Positions 46,285 to 56,066 of a stretch of DNA of 64,000 nucleotides are shown here, in pieces. Under the pieces are notes generated by a model. It was not told the origin of the DNA and did no database searches. It was given only the letters and a program-made list of their open reading frames with translations. A program made the position numbers and the translations under genes. Numbering within the stretch: position 1 is the stretch's first letter; each line of letters begins with the position of its first letter. This DNA is from Armatimonadota bacterium. Its GTDB lineage: Bacteria; Armatimonadota; UBA5829. The stretch is taken from positions 575 to 64,574 of the forward strand of contig JAAYKE010000028.1 of NCBI GenBank assembly GCA_012522575.1, given 5' to 3'.

Positions 46285-46493
46285 TGACGAGCTTTCCTTT
46301 CCTGCGCGATGCGCTTAATCAGCTTCACTCCATATCCGGCTACAACCACGACTGCCATCAGAAGCGTTTGCAGGTACATTTCCTGGCGATATTCGCCGAT
46401 CTCCCAGTGATGACCAAGTGCATCTGCTCCGTGCGCCCAGGCCGTGCTTATAGAGGCTGCTATGGCTATGCCGAAAGCTATTGCCTTATGCAT
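46281..46493 (-). CDS. Small (70 aa) two-TM membrane protein with His-rich loop (hypothetical)
   Basis: MHKAIAFGIAIAASISTAWAHGADALGHHWEIGEYRQEMYLQTLLMAVVVVAGYGVKLIK. It is tightly packed between the permease stop and the downstream gene start. Confidence 0.35.
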   Translation of the reverse strand: MHKAIAFGIAIAASISTAWAHGADALGHHWEIGEYRQEMYLQTLLMAVVVVAGYGVKLIKRIAQERKARQ

Positions 46494-46495
46494 AT

Positions 46496-47263
46496 TCAGA
46501 CCTCTCTGCTCGCAAAATACGATGCGCCGACCACCAGCGTAAAGGCTATGTAGCAGATGCCATATACCGCCACCTGGCTGAGATACAACCCCGGGATTAT
46601 TTCCTGATGGACAAGGGCTGATTTGAGATTGAAGCATTCCAGATTGGGCAGCGCATGATAGATCAGCAAATACAGCCCCTTCGACAACCCCGCCTGCGAT
46701 TTTTCTATCAACTCGCCGATATATCCGATCTTTATCGTGCCGGCAAGATAGATCATAAAAGTAAGCACGGTGGTGATGGCGGGGGATGCAAATGTGGAGA
46801 TCGTGATGGCCACGGCAGCGATGATTGCAGCCTCAAGCAATGTGAACAGCACGGCCAAACCCAGCGAAGAATCGATGCTGTGCTGATACATCATAATCAG
46901 CGCCCCGAATACAACCGTCATTGCCGCTACGCCAAGCGATACGGTGATAAACGTGCCAAGAAACTTTCCTATCAAATACTGCACCCTGGTCAAAGGGCGC
47001 GCAAGCAGCGGATGAATCGTTCGCGATTCGATGTCATTCGGCACGCCGGTCGCGCCCAGAGCAATCGCCATTGCGGCCCCGCCAAACAGGAGGCAGGTCA
47101 TACAGAGGTCCTTCAAAATCTTGGTCTGCACCCCATCGGTGAATATCGTAAGCAGCGTAGAGCCTGCAATAACAGCCAGCATCAGCAGGCACATAACGTG
47201 AAACACCTGCTTGCGGCTGTTCTCCAAAAGGGACATTTTTGCGATAATCCAGATTCCTGCCAT
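46496..47263 (-). CDS. ABC-2 family transporter permease
   Basis: A 255-aa, six-TM ABC-2 type permease pattern, located immediately downstream of the ATPase. Confidence 0.75.
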   Translation of the reverse strand: MAGIWIIAKMSLLENSRKQVFHVMCLLMLAVIAGSTLLTIFTDGVQTKILKDLCMTCLLFGGAAMAIALGATGVPNDIESRTIHPLLARPLTRVQYLIGKFLGTFITVSLGVAAMTVVFGALIMMYQHSIDSSLGLAVLFTLLEAAIIAAVAITISTFASPAITTVLTFMIYLAGTIKIGYIGELIEKSQAGLSKGLYLLIYHALPNLECFNLKSALVHQEIIPGLYLSQVAVYGICYIAFTLVVGASYFASREV

Positions 47264-47380
47264 ACTATACTCTCTGCTCCGTCATATTGGCCGATATGTT
47301 GCGGTCTGCGTTTTTCGCGTCATATCGAACTAAATAGATATATATTTTCCTCTAATTGCAATTTGAAGCTGCTGATAATC

Positions 47381-48301
47381 TTATGCCGCCAACCTCAGGA
47401 ACGCCTCCTCTAATGACTCACGTTCGGTCTGCAGTCGCAGTATTTTCGCCCCTGACTTTTCCAGCATTCGAATTACCCAGTAAAGCATTTCCGGAGCGAC
47501 GCAAAGTCGTATCGCGCCTGCTTCTTCCTCGATTCCCACTTTTGCGAATTTCAGCGACGCTTTAGTCTCGTCGGTCAAGGTATCCACCTGAATTGTGACC
47601 TGCTTGCCTTTTGCCTGCACATCATCGGGTTTTCCCATAGCCACCAGTTTACCTCTTTTCAACACAGCGATAATGTCGCAGGTGCTTTCGACCTCGCTGA
47701 GCAGATGTGAGCTTAAAAATATCGTTCTGCCTTCGTCTCGAAGCTGCAAAATAAGATCACGAGCGTGACGTCTGCCGATCGGATCCAGTCCTGATGTCGG
47801 TTCGTCCATGATCAACAACTTCGGATCGCCGACTATTGCTTGAGCAATGCCTACTCGTTGAGTGAGACCCTTGGAAAGCTTGCCTATCGGCGTATCGGAA
47901 TATTCGGCGATGCCGCTGCGTTCAAGCGCCGAAATGGAATGCTGCCTAACCTCTTTTCTGGGAACCCCGGCCAGTGATGCGTGCATCGACACAACTTCGA
48001 TTGGCCGAAGAAATTTGTGAAAATACGGCTGTTCGGGCAGATAACCTATCAGCCTGCGTGAACTTGCCGCTGAGGTGGGATTCCCGAAAATGGTCGCGCT
48101 TCCCGAAGTCGGATGCACAAAATCAAGCAGCATCTTGATAGTGGTAGTTTTTCCTGCGCCATTTGGTCCCAAAAAGCCGAATACCGCACCTTCGGGGACG
48201 GCTATATTCAACGAATCGACGGCAATGCGGTCGCCCTTGCGTTTGCCGAGCTTGTAGACTTTGCGCAGATTCTCGGTCTCGATAGGATGGCTCATAAGCA
48301 C
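47381..48301 (-). CDS. ABC transporter ATP-binding protein
   Basis: Walker A GPNGAGKTTTIKML, the signature LSKGLTQRV, and Walker B LLIMDEPTSGLD. Confidence 0.9.
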   Translation of the reverse strand: MLMSHPIETENLRKVYKLGKRKGDRIAVDSLNIAVPEGAVFGFLGPNGAGKTTTIKMLLDFVHPTSGSATIFGNPTSAASSRRLIGYLPEQPYFHKFLRPIEVVSMHASLAGVPRKEVRQHSISALERSGIAEYSDTPIGKLSKGLTQRVGIAQAIVGDPKLLIMDEPTSGLDPIGRRHARDLILQLRDEGRTIFLSSHLLSEVESTCDIIAVLKRGKLVAMGKPDDVQAKGKQVTIQVDTLTDETKASLKFAKVGIEEEAGAIRLCVAPEMLYWVIRMLEKSGAKILRLQTERESLEEAFLRLAA

Positions 48302-48423
48302 CTGATTTCATTTAAGGGTTGTCAACCGGTATTATCGGCAGTTATATGTCGAAACGTGAGTGCAAATCGGCCTTGACGTTGACGGCCTACAGACCTATAC
48401 TAACCCCGTAGTGGAGGAACATA

Positions 48424-50490
48424 ATGTCTACTGACTTTTGCGCTATAGCCTGCTGTTTGATTCTCGCGGCATCGACCGTTTCGGGAGCGGAAAAGCTGCT
48501 CTATCAATTTGATGCTATACCGTCAGGAATAAGCCATAACAATTCAGCAACCAGTATAGTTTCCACCGATCGCGGCAACGCGATGGAGATCGAGTTTCAT
48601 GTAGCTGACTGGCCGAATATATTCGTGAGGCCGACTCAGGGTATGTGGGACTGGAGCGAGGCGGCGGGTTTTGCCGTCGATGTTTACAACCCGCAAGACA
48701 CTATTATCGACGTCAGCGTGCGGGTAGATAATCCGGGAGCGGACGGCATTAGCTTCTGCACCTATGGAAATGCAAAAGCCGCTCCAAAAGCCTGGACTAC
48801 CCTCAGCCTTTACTTCACCAAATCCGCCCCCGCCCTTTGGGGAATGCGCGGCATCCCAAACGTGGGCACGCTGGCTAAGCCAATAGATTTGAGCAAGGTT
48901 ACGGCGTTTCAAGTCTATTTAAGTCATCCCGAAGTCAAGCGCAAGCTGATAATTTCCCGTGCTCGGCTGCTCGAAGGCGAATATAAGGCGGGCGGAGATG
49001 TCAAGCAGCCATTTGTGGATCGATACGGCCAATACAAACACGCTAAATGGCCGGGCAAGCTGACCAAAGAAAGTCAATTCGCCGAATCAGATGTGGCAGA
49101 ACAAGCCGACATCAAGGCCAATCCCGCGCCAAAAGACTGGGATACTTATGGCGGGCTGCTCGATGGGCCGCAACTTGAGGCGACGGGCTGGTTCCGAGCG
49201 CAAAAGCTGGATGGCCGCTGGTGGCTTGTGACTCCGGAGGGTCGATTGTTTTTCTCGATGGGAATGGACTGCGTGCAGCCCTCGCAGCATACGTTCGTAA
49301 CCCAGCGTGAAAAGTGGTTCGATTGGCTTCCAAAAGACGACGATCCGGAGTTTGGAAGATTCTACGGTCAAATTGGCAGCACCCACAGCATGGCCGATAT
49401 TATCGGTGGCAAGGGCAAAGCGGTCAGCTTCTACGAGATCAACTTGGTGCGCAAATATGGCAAGGACTGGTTCGCGAAATGGCGGGATAACACCTACTCG
49501 CGCCTCAACTCCTGGGGATTCAACACAATAGCCAACTGGTCGCATGCCGATGTAATGCAAAACAGCCCAATGCCGTTTACCGCATGCGCGCATATATCCG
49601 CATTAGGCAGATCGATCGAAGGCGGGTCTGGATATTGGGGACGAATGGCCGACGTCTACGATTCAAGATTCGCGGAATCCGTCGATAAGACGATCGCTCC
49701 TATCGCTCGCTTGTATGCTTCCAATCGCTACCTGCTCGGTTATTTTGTGGATAATGAGCTATCCTGGGAGAGTATCGACTGGGGCGCTCTTGCATCCCCT
49801 CCGGATCAGCCTTGCAGAATTGTTTTTATGGATCAACTGAAGAAAAAATATTCGACCTTAGAGGCTGTCAATAAGGCATGGGGCACACACGCTGCAAGCT
49901 GGGACGACCTGCGCGCGCCGGCAAACCCGACCAAAGACAGCGGCGCGGATCTCTCAGAGTTCAGTTATAATTTCGCCCACAAATACTTCGATACTGTCAA
50001 AAGTGCGATTAGAAAATACGATAGAAACCATCTGTATCTGGGCGTTCGGTTCTCCGGGTCGGCTCCTGAACCGGTCGCAAAAGCCTGCGCCGATGTGGCG
50101 GATGTAGTCAGCTACAACATCTACTCAACGGAGCTAAAGTGCAGTAAGTGGCCTTTGAATGGCTCCCTTGACGCGCCCATTATTATTGGCGAATTCCACT
50201 TCGGCGCATTGGACAGGGGCATGTTCCACACCGGTCTTGTTGATGCCAAAAGCCAGAAGGGCAGGGCGGAGAGCTTCATCAAGTATGTTCGCTCCGCTTT
50301 GGATTGCCCATCAATGGTCGGCGTGGCGTGGTTCCAATATATCGACCAGGCGATCACCGGCAGAACTCTGGACGGCGAGAATTACAATATCGGGTTCGTA
50401 ACTGTGGTTGACCAGCCATATCCTGAGCTGGTAAGCGCAGCCCGAAAAGTGAATGCAGAGATTTACAAGCGCCATCTGCGCAGTAAATAA
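48424..50490 (+). CDS. Secreted glycoside hydrolase (N-terminal beta-sandwich/CBM-like module + TIM-barrel catalytic domain, clan GH-A-like; family not resolved by eye)
   Basis: A signal peptide. The catalytic region has GYFVDNELSWE (NE acid/base-like) and a later IIGEFHFG (nucleophile Glu-like), consistent with GH42/GH50/GH5-like retaining enzymes. Confidence 0.65.
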   Translation: MSTDFCAIACCLILAASTVSGAEKLLYQFDAIPSGISHNNSATSIVSTDRGNAMEIEFHVADWPNIFVRPTQGMWDWSEAAGFAVDVYNPQDTIIDVSVRVDNPGADGISFCTYGNAKAAPKAWTTLSLYFTKSAPALWGMRGIPNVGTLAKPIDLSKVTAFQVYLSHPEVKRKLIISRARLLEGEYKAGGDVKQPFVDRYGQYKHAKWPGKLTKESQFAESDVAEQADIKANPAPKDWDTYGGLLDGPQLEATGWFRAQKLDGRWWLVTPEGRLFFSMGMDCVQPSQHTFVTQREKWFDWLPKDDDPEFGRFYGQIGSTHSMADIIGGKGKAVSFYEINLVRKYGKDWFAKWRDNTYSRLNSWGFNTIANWSHADVMQNSPMPFTACAHISALGRSIEGGSGYWGRMADVYDSRFAESVDKTIAPIARLYASNRYLLGYFVDNELSWESIDWGALASPPDQPCRIVFMDQLKKKYSTLEAVNKAWGTHAASWDDLRAPANPTKDSGADLSEFSYNFAHKYFDTVKSAIRKYDRNHLYLGVRFSGSAPEPVAKACADVADVVSYNIYSTELKCSKWPLNGSLDAPIIIGEFHFGALDRGMFHTGLVDAKSQKGRAESFIKYVRSALDCPSMVGVAWFQYIDQAITGRTLDGENYNIGFVTVVDQPYPELVSAARKVNAEIYKRHLRSK

Positions 50491-50547
50491 ATAAACCGGG
50501 CTGCGGATTGCCGCGAGCCGCATACTTATAACTAATTGGAGGAAGAC

Positions 50548-51537
50548 ATGTATGACAGCGCTCTAACAGCGTTGCTGGGCGTGGCGGCCCTTTCGGGGGC
50601 CGCGGTCGCCGCGACAAATCCCGTGACTATCGAAAAGGTTGAGTATCCCAACTACGGTAGTTGCTATAAACTCACCAATGGCTCCGTCGATGTGCTGGTT
50701 ACCCTCGATGTTGGCCCGCGCATCATTTTCTACGGATTCAGCGGCGAAGAAAACAATCTCGCCGAGATTGTCCCGAAAAAGAACGAACTTGACAAATGGC
50801 AGCCGTGGGGCGGGCATCGCTTGTGGCATGCGCCGGAGGTTAAGCCGCGAAGCTATATCCCCGACAACGTGCCGACAACCTCCGAAGTGATCGGCAACAG
50901 CACTGTTGGAGTGGCCTCGCCTCTCGAAGAGCAGACACATATCCAAAAGGCGATGATGATCTCACTGGCGCGCGAAGGCTCCAGGGTAACAATCACCCAT
51001 ACCCTCAAAAACAAGGGACTATGGCCGATTGAACTTGCTGTCTGGGGTCTAACCATTGTAAAAGGCGGCGGAACAACCATAATCCCGCAGGAACCGTTCA
51101 TATCACACGATGAAAAATTGCTGCCGGCGCGTTCGCTGGCGTTGTGGAATTTCACCGATATGAGCGATCCACGGTTCACGTTCGGCAAGCGATACATTCG
51201 CCTGCGCACCGATTCCAACTTGACCAACAACCCGCAGAAACTAGGGGTGGCCAATCGTCAGGGGTGGGCCGGATATCTGCGGGAAAAGAACCTGTTCATC
51301 AAGACATTTTCCTACGATGAATGCGCGAAATATCCGGATTTCGGATGCAATTTCGAGACCTACACAGACGGCGATTTTATGGAAATCGAGACTCTTGGCC
51401 CATTGACCAGGCTCGATCCGGGGGATACCGCGACCCATGTTGAGCATTGGCATCTGTTCAAGGACGTCGATGTGCAGGACAGCGAAGAATCTTTGAGCAA
51501 AGCAATTAACCCGCTTCTCAAAAAAATTACCAACTGA
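50548..51537 (+). CDS. Secreted beta-rich hypothetical protein (possibly carbohydrate-binding/DUF4380-like)
   Basis: A signal peptide MYDSALTALLGVAALSGAAVAA and an RBS ggagga. It immediately follows the glycoside hydrolase gene. Confidence 0.55.
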   Translation: MYDSALTALLGVAALSGAAVAATNPVTIEKVEYPNYGSCYKLTNGSVDVLVTLDVGPRIIFYGFSGEENNLAEIVPKKNELDKWQPWGGHRLWHAPEVKPRSYIPDNVPTTSEVIGNSTVGVASPLEEQTHIQKAMMISLAREGSRVTITHTLKNKGLWPIELAVWGLTIVKGGGTTIIPQEPFISHDEKLLPARSLALWNFTDMSDPRFTFGKRYIRLRTDSNLTNNPQKLGVANRQGWAGYLREKNLFIKTFSYDECAKYPDFGCNFETYTDGDFMEIETLGPLTRLDPGDTATHVEHWHLFKDVDVQDSEESLSKAINPLLKKITN

Positions 51538-51571
51538 CCGGACAGGTAAGTTGGCAGTCGGTAAAACTATG

Positions 51572-51601
51572 AAGGGTGACGATTTGCGAACCGTCACCCT
51601 T
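51572..51601. terminator. 10-bp stem hairpin between the convergent hypothetical gene and apt (bidirectional terminator candidate)
   Basis: aagggtgacg-atttgcgaac-cgtcaccctt, overlapping the apt stop codon. Confidence 0.55.
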
Positions 51602-52125
51602 TAATACTTAATCAGCGAGCAAATATCGTAGCCGTCCAACACTTTCCTGCCGTGCAGAAATTCAAGCTCAATAAGAAAACTAAGCCCGGCAATAGTTCCG
51701 CCCAGTTCCTCGACAAGCTCGACCGCTGCCCTTGCGGTTCCTCCAGTGGCCAGCAAATCGTCCACCACAGCGACTTTCATCCCCGGCTCAATCGCGTCCC
51801 GGTGCATTTCAACCACGTTCGTGCCATATTCCAGTGCATATTCTGCGCTTATTGTGTCGGCAGGCAGCTTGCCCGCTTTGCGAACCGGAACAAATCCGAG
51901 TTTGAGTTGCAGGGCAACCGGCGCTCCCAGTATAAATCCTCTCGACTCAATTCCCACTATCACATCGGGTTTGGCCTGTCTCACGCATTCCGTCATCGAG
52001 TCGACCACTTCTCTAAAAGCCGTCGCATCCTGCAACACAGGAGTTATATCTCTGAAAATCACACCCTCGGCGGGGAAGTCCGGCACATCTCGAATGATCT
52101 GCTTAACAAGGGTTTCTCTGAGCAT
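51601..52125 (-). CDS. apt: Adenine phosphoribosyltransferase
   Basis: FRDITPVLQDATAF and the PRPP-binding VVDDLLATGGTA motif. Confidence 0.9.
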   Translation of the reverse strand: MLRETLVKQIIRDVPDFPAEGVIFRDITPVLQDATAFREVVDSMTECVRQAKPDVIVGIESRGFILGAPVALQLKLGFVPVRKAGKLPADTISAEYALEYGTNVVEMHRDAIEPGMKVAVVDDLLATGGTARAAVELVEELGGTIAGLSFLIELEFLHGRKVLDGYDICSLIKY

Positions 52126-52149
52126 AATATGTCTCCAAACGGCTGATAT

Positions 52150-53175
52150 TTACTTCAAAGACTGCTTATACGGCGGCCACGCTATGCCCTTCTCAGTGAT
52201 AATGGCGCGCACAAGCGCAGCCGGAGTCACGTCAAAGCTGGGATTCAACACCTCAATTCCCATAGGCGCAATCCGATGTCCTTCAATGTGGGTCATCTCC
52301 TCGCGAGCGCGCACTTCAATGGGAATATCATCTCCTGTCTGCAGGGAGAAATCAATGGTAGAGGTCGGAGCGGCCACATAAAACGGGATTCCGTGGTGAT
52401 GCGCCAGCACTGCCACAGGGTAGGTTCCGATCTTGTTCGCAACATCGCCATTCGACGCGATGCGATCCGCCCCTACGACAACGCAGTCTATGCGCCCTTT
52501 GCGCATAAGCGTACCGGCCATATTGTCTGCGATCACAGTCACCGCGATATCATCCTGCGCCAGCTCAAATCCGGTCAGTTTCATCCCCTGCAATCTCGGT
52601 CGCGTCTCATCGGCATAAACGTGGATCAGCTTGCCCATTTCGATGGCGGCGCGTATCACTCCCAAAGCGGTGCCATAGGACACGCAGGCCAGCGCACCGG
52701 CATTGCAATGAGTCAGGACGTGGCCTTCCTCAGGCATCAACTCCGCTCCATTGCGGCCGATTGCGTGACATATTTCCTCGTCTTGAGCGATCATATCAGA
52801 CGCACAGCGTTCTATAAGCTGTTTAATTTCCGCCACCGGCAGATTGCTGTTTCTTGCAGTCCTGAGGGTGGCAATTATTTTGTCTATTCCCCAGAACAGG
52901 TTCACCGCAGTAGGTCTTGTCTTTCTGAGCAAATCAGCGGCGCGGTAGACCCTGTCGACGAATTCGTCCTCAGTATCCGGCGCGCTTTTGGCTGCCAGTG
53001 CGACTCCCAAAGCAGCAGCAACTCCGATTGCAGGCGCGCCCCGGACCTTCATCGTTTTTATTGCATCCGCTATCTGCTGTGTGTTGGACAGCTCAATTGT
53101 GACCAACTCTCCCGGAATTCGGGTTTGATCTATCATCACAACTTTGCCGTCGATATAGTCAACTGTGCGTTTCAT
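52150..53175 (-). CDS. mtnA: S-methyl-5-thioribose-1-phosphate isomerase (eIF-2B alpha/beta/delta family)
   Basis: MKRTVDYIDGKVVMIDQTRIPGELVTIELSN...VRGAPAIGVAAALGVALAA...VVVGADRIASNGDVANKIGTY. Confidence 0.9.
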   Translation of the reverse strand: MKRTVDYIDGKVVMIDQTRIPGELVTIELSNTQQIADAIKTMKVRGAPAIGVAAALGVALAAKSAPDTEDEFVDRVYRAADLLRKTRPTAVNLFWGIDKIIATLRTARNSNLPVAEIKQLIERCASDMIAQDEEICHAIGRNGAELMPEEGHVLTHCNAGALACVSYGTALGVIRAAIEMGKLIHVYADETRPRLQGMKLTGFELAQDDIAVTVIADNMAGTLMRKGRIDCVVVGADRIASNGDVANKIGTYPVAVLAHHHGIPFYVAAPTSTIDFSLQTGDDIPIEVRAREEMTHIEGHRIAPMGIEVLNPSFDVTPAALVRAIITEKGIAWPPYKQSLK

Positions 53176-53187
53176 ATTTTCCGTCCG

Positions 53188-53994
53188 CTATTCCATTCTG
53201 GCAAATTGCAGCGCGCGAGCACAAGGGCAATCGCGAGTGTCCGGCATACGCTTGATCATTTCCAAAATAAGATATCTCACCCGTTCGTTGTTGGACTGCA
53301 ACACATTGACGACCTCGGCGGCGCTGACCGCTTCCACGCCTCCATCAGCCACAATGCCTGTATCATAATCCGTTATCAACGCGATATTGACGTAGCATAT
53401 CTCCTGTTCCAGCGCCAGCACGCATTCCGGATACTGCGTCATATTCACGATGCTCCAGCCCATCTGCGTAAACCAATGGCTCTCCGCACGAGTGGAGAAC
53501 CGCGGCCCCTGTACAACGACAGTAGCGCCGCCGTCGTGCATCGTGATTCCCTGCTCGCGTCCGATTTCCACCGCCAGCTTGCGCAATACCCCGCAATATG
53601 GCTCGGCGGATGATATATGGGTTGCGATCGGGCCATCATAAAACGTATCCCTGCGGCCGGATGTGCGGTCCACAAACTGGTCACATACCACAAAATGTCC
53701 TGGTTTAATATGAGGCTGCAGGCTGCCGACGCAGTTTGGGCCGATGATTTGGGTTACGCCAAGCTGCTTCATCGCATAAACATTGGCCCTGTAGGGGATC
53801 ATGTGGGGAGGATACTGGTGCTGCTTGCCATGTCTCGGCAAAAATGCGACTTTTCTGTCTCCAACCGTGCCGATAGCTATCAGATCACTTGGCGCGCCAT
53901 AGGGAGTTTCGATTTTGATTTCCTCGAACGAGTCCATCAACGAATAAAATCCCGACCCGCCGAACACCCCAATACGGGCGGTATGTTTTGTCAT
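53188..53994 (-). CDS. mtnP: S-methyl-5'-thioadenosine phosphorylase
   Basis: IGVFGGSGFY...PRHGKQHQYPPHMIPYRANVYAMKQLGVTQIIGPNCVGSL, which is the PNP/MTAP family. Confidence 0.9.
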   Translation of the reverse strand: MTKHTARIGVFGGSGFYSLMDSFEEIKIETPYGAPSDLIAIGTVGDRKVAFLPRHGKQHQYPPHMIPYRANVYAMKQLGVTQIIGPNCVGSLQPHIKPGHFVVCDQFVDRTSGRRDTFYDGPIATHISSAEPYCGVLRKLAVEIGREQGITMHDGGATVVVQGPRFSTRAESHWFTQMGWSIVNMTQYPECVLALEQEICYVNIALITDYDTGIVADGGVEAVSAAEVVNVLQSNNERVRYLILEMIKRMPDTRDCPCARALQFARME

Positions 53995-54755
53995 GGGCTT
54001 TCATCTCCCTCCGAATCAGGCTCCTGGATTTCCTCATCAGACTCAGCCGATTGCGCTTGAGTATGTCCCATATATTCTAGTCCCTGCAACGCAGCCGCCT
54101 GTTCCGCCTGTTTCTTGCTTTTGCCTTTTCCGCACCCGACCACTTCGCCTTTCAGCACGGCTTCAATGGTAAAAGTTTTATCGTGGTCCGCGCCCTGCTC
54201 GGCAACCACAATATACTGTGGAACTTCCTTATAAATACTCTGTGTGTGCTCCTGCAGCAGCGATTTATAGTCGCGTATGTGTTGTCTGTGCTCAATGTCT
54301 ATCAAAATAGGCTCCAGGGCCTTCAACACAAACTCCCTGGCCGCGTCCATTCCGCAGTCCAGAAACACCACCGCCACCACCGCTTCAAATGCGTCAGACA
54401 AAATCGACAGTCGCTTGCGTCCGCCGCCTGCCACTTCACCGGAGCTTAACAGGATCATGTCGGCAAGTCCCAGATCCCTGGCGCTCTCAGCCAGTACAGG
54501 CTCGCTTACAGCGACAGCCTTGGCTTTGGCCAGGTCGCCTTCCGCCCTGTCGGGGAACTTCTCATACAGATGCTGCGCCACAACCAGCCCAATTACCGAG
54601 TCCCCAAGAAACTCCAACCGCTCGTTAGACTCAATTCCTTCTTTTTCACCCAGATACGACCCGTGGGTAAGCGCCTGCTCAAGCAGGTCATAATCCGATA
54701 TTTCCACGCAAAGCTTTTGCGCGATCGATTGAAGAGATTTTATATCGAGAGTCAT
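53991..54755 (-). CDS. rnc: Ribonuclease III (with an acidic C-terminal tail)
   Basis: The RNase III signature ERLEFLGDSV, a dsRBD, and a C-terminal EIQEPDSEGDESP. Confidence 0.9.
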   Translation of the reverse strand: MTLDIKSLQSIAQKLCVEISDYDLLEQALTHGSYLGEKEGIESNERLEFLGDSVIGLVVAQHLYEKFPDRAEGDLAKAKAVAVSEPVLAESARDLGLADMILLSSGEVAGGGRKRLSILSDAFEAVVAVVFLDCGMDAAREFVLKALEPILIDIEHRQHIRDYKSLLQEHTQSIYKEVPQYIVVAEQGADHDKTFTIEAVLKGEVVGCGKGKSKKQAEQAAALQGLEYMGHTQAQSAESDEEIQEPDSEGDESP

Positions 54756-54771
54756 CTGACTGGTATATTGC

Positions 54772-55959
54772 TCAAATCAGTTTTGCTGCTGCCCCGGCGA
54801 TTCGGTCCAGGCCTTTTTTAATATTGTCCATGGAAGTCGCATAGGAGAGTCTGATATAATTATCGGCCCCGAATCCGCTGCCGGCGACCGCGGCGACTTT
54901 TGCTTCCTCCAGCAGGAAATCACACAGCATATCCGAATTCTTCACTTTGTCGCCGAAAAGGCCGGATACGTTGGGAAAGACGTAAAATGCGCCGCCGGGC
55001 ATCGCACAGGAAATACCCTCTATATCGTTGAGTCCGTCTACGATAAATCTGCGACGCCTGTCGAACTCCGCGACCATTTCATCGACCACTTCCTGCGGGC
55101 CATTCAGGGCTGAGACTGCGGCGGGTTGGGTGAACGAGACCATGTTCGATGCGCTATGGCTTTGCACCGCCTCCATAGCCGCCACAATCGGCTTCTCCGC
55201 CGCCGCATAGCCTAACCGCCACCCGGTCATAGAAAATGCTTTGGAAAAGCCGTTAATGGTGATAGTGAGCTTTTTGATGTCATCGCCCAGCGATGCGATG
55301 CTGACGTGCGCTCGACCATCATAGATGATCTCTTCATATATCTCATCGCTGAGAACATAAAAGCCCATATCGATCGCCAGTTCGGCTATCTGTTCGATCT
55401 GTTTTCGGTCATAGACGCCGCCGGTAGGGTTTGACGGACTGTTTAGGATCAACTTCTTCGTTTTGGAGGTGACGGCCTTTTTGAGCGCCTCAACAGGGAC
55501 GGTAAAGCCGGTAGATTCATCGCAGTCCACATATACCGGGCGGCCATCCGCCATACCCACGATTTCCGGATAGCTCACCCAATATGGAGCCGGAATGATC
55601 ACCTCGTCGCCGGGGTCAATCGTGGCAAGCACAGCGTTATAAATTGAGTGTTTAGCGCCGAGAGAGACGATGATTTCTCCGGGTTTATATTCCAGCCCGT
55701 TTTCCCGTCCGAGCTTATCGCATATAGCTTTTTTCAGGTCAGCAGTCCCGGAAGTTGGAGTATATTTGGTGAACCCGGACTGCAAAGAAGCAACCGCTGC
55801 GTCTTTAATATGCTGCGGGGTGTCAAAGTCCGGTTCTCCGGCTCCGAAATTGACAACGTCGATCCCTTCGGCCTGCATAGCTTTGGCTTTTGCAGTAATT
55901 GCCAGGGTAGGGGAGGGGCTTACATTGAGCGCCCTGCGTGATATTGATGCCACTGACAT
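54772..55959 (-). CDS. Class-I/II PLP-dependent aminotransferase (aspartate/aromatic aminotransferase-like)
   Basis: 396 aa with NSPSNPTG and the SKAFSMTGWRLGY motif (PLP-Lys). The start Met was chosen after the ggaggt RBS, since the ORF-track start is 36 nt upstream. Confidence 0.85.
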   Translation of the reverse strand: MSVASISRRALNVSPSPTLAITAKAKAMQAEGIDVVNFGAGEPDFDTPQHIKDAAVASLQSGFTKYTPTSGTADLKKAICDKLGRENGLEYKPGEIIVSLGAKHSIYNAVLATIDPGDEVIIPAPYWVSYPEIVGMADGRPVYVDCDESTGFTVPVEALKKAVTSKTKKLILNSPSNPTGGVYDRKQIEQIAELAIDMGFYVLSDEIYEEIIYDGRAHVSIASLGDDIKKLTITINGFSKAFSMTGWRLGYAAAEKPIVAAMEAVQSHSASNMVSFTQPAAVSALNGPQEVVDEMVAEFDRRRRFIVDGLNDIEGISCAMPGGAFYVFPNVSGLFGDKVKNSDMLCDFLLEEAKVAAVAGSGFGADNYIRLSYATSMDNIKKGLDRIAGAAAKLI

Positions 55960-56066
55960 AACCTCCGCGGCGCACAGCGGACAATGGGAACGCATTCCCG
56001 CATTCGCTGCGACGGCCGCAATACATCGTGAGATATCCGATCACAATACGACTACAACTTTATTGG

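Noticed and set aside
52276-53613. 445-aa plus-strand ORF
   Set aside because: It spans and is antisense to both mtnA and mtnP, it crosses a real intergenic gap, and its composition is Arg/His-rich.
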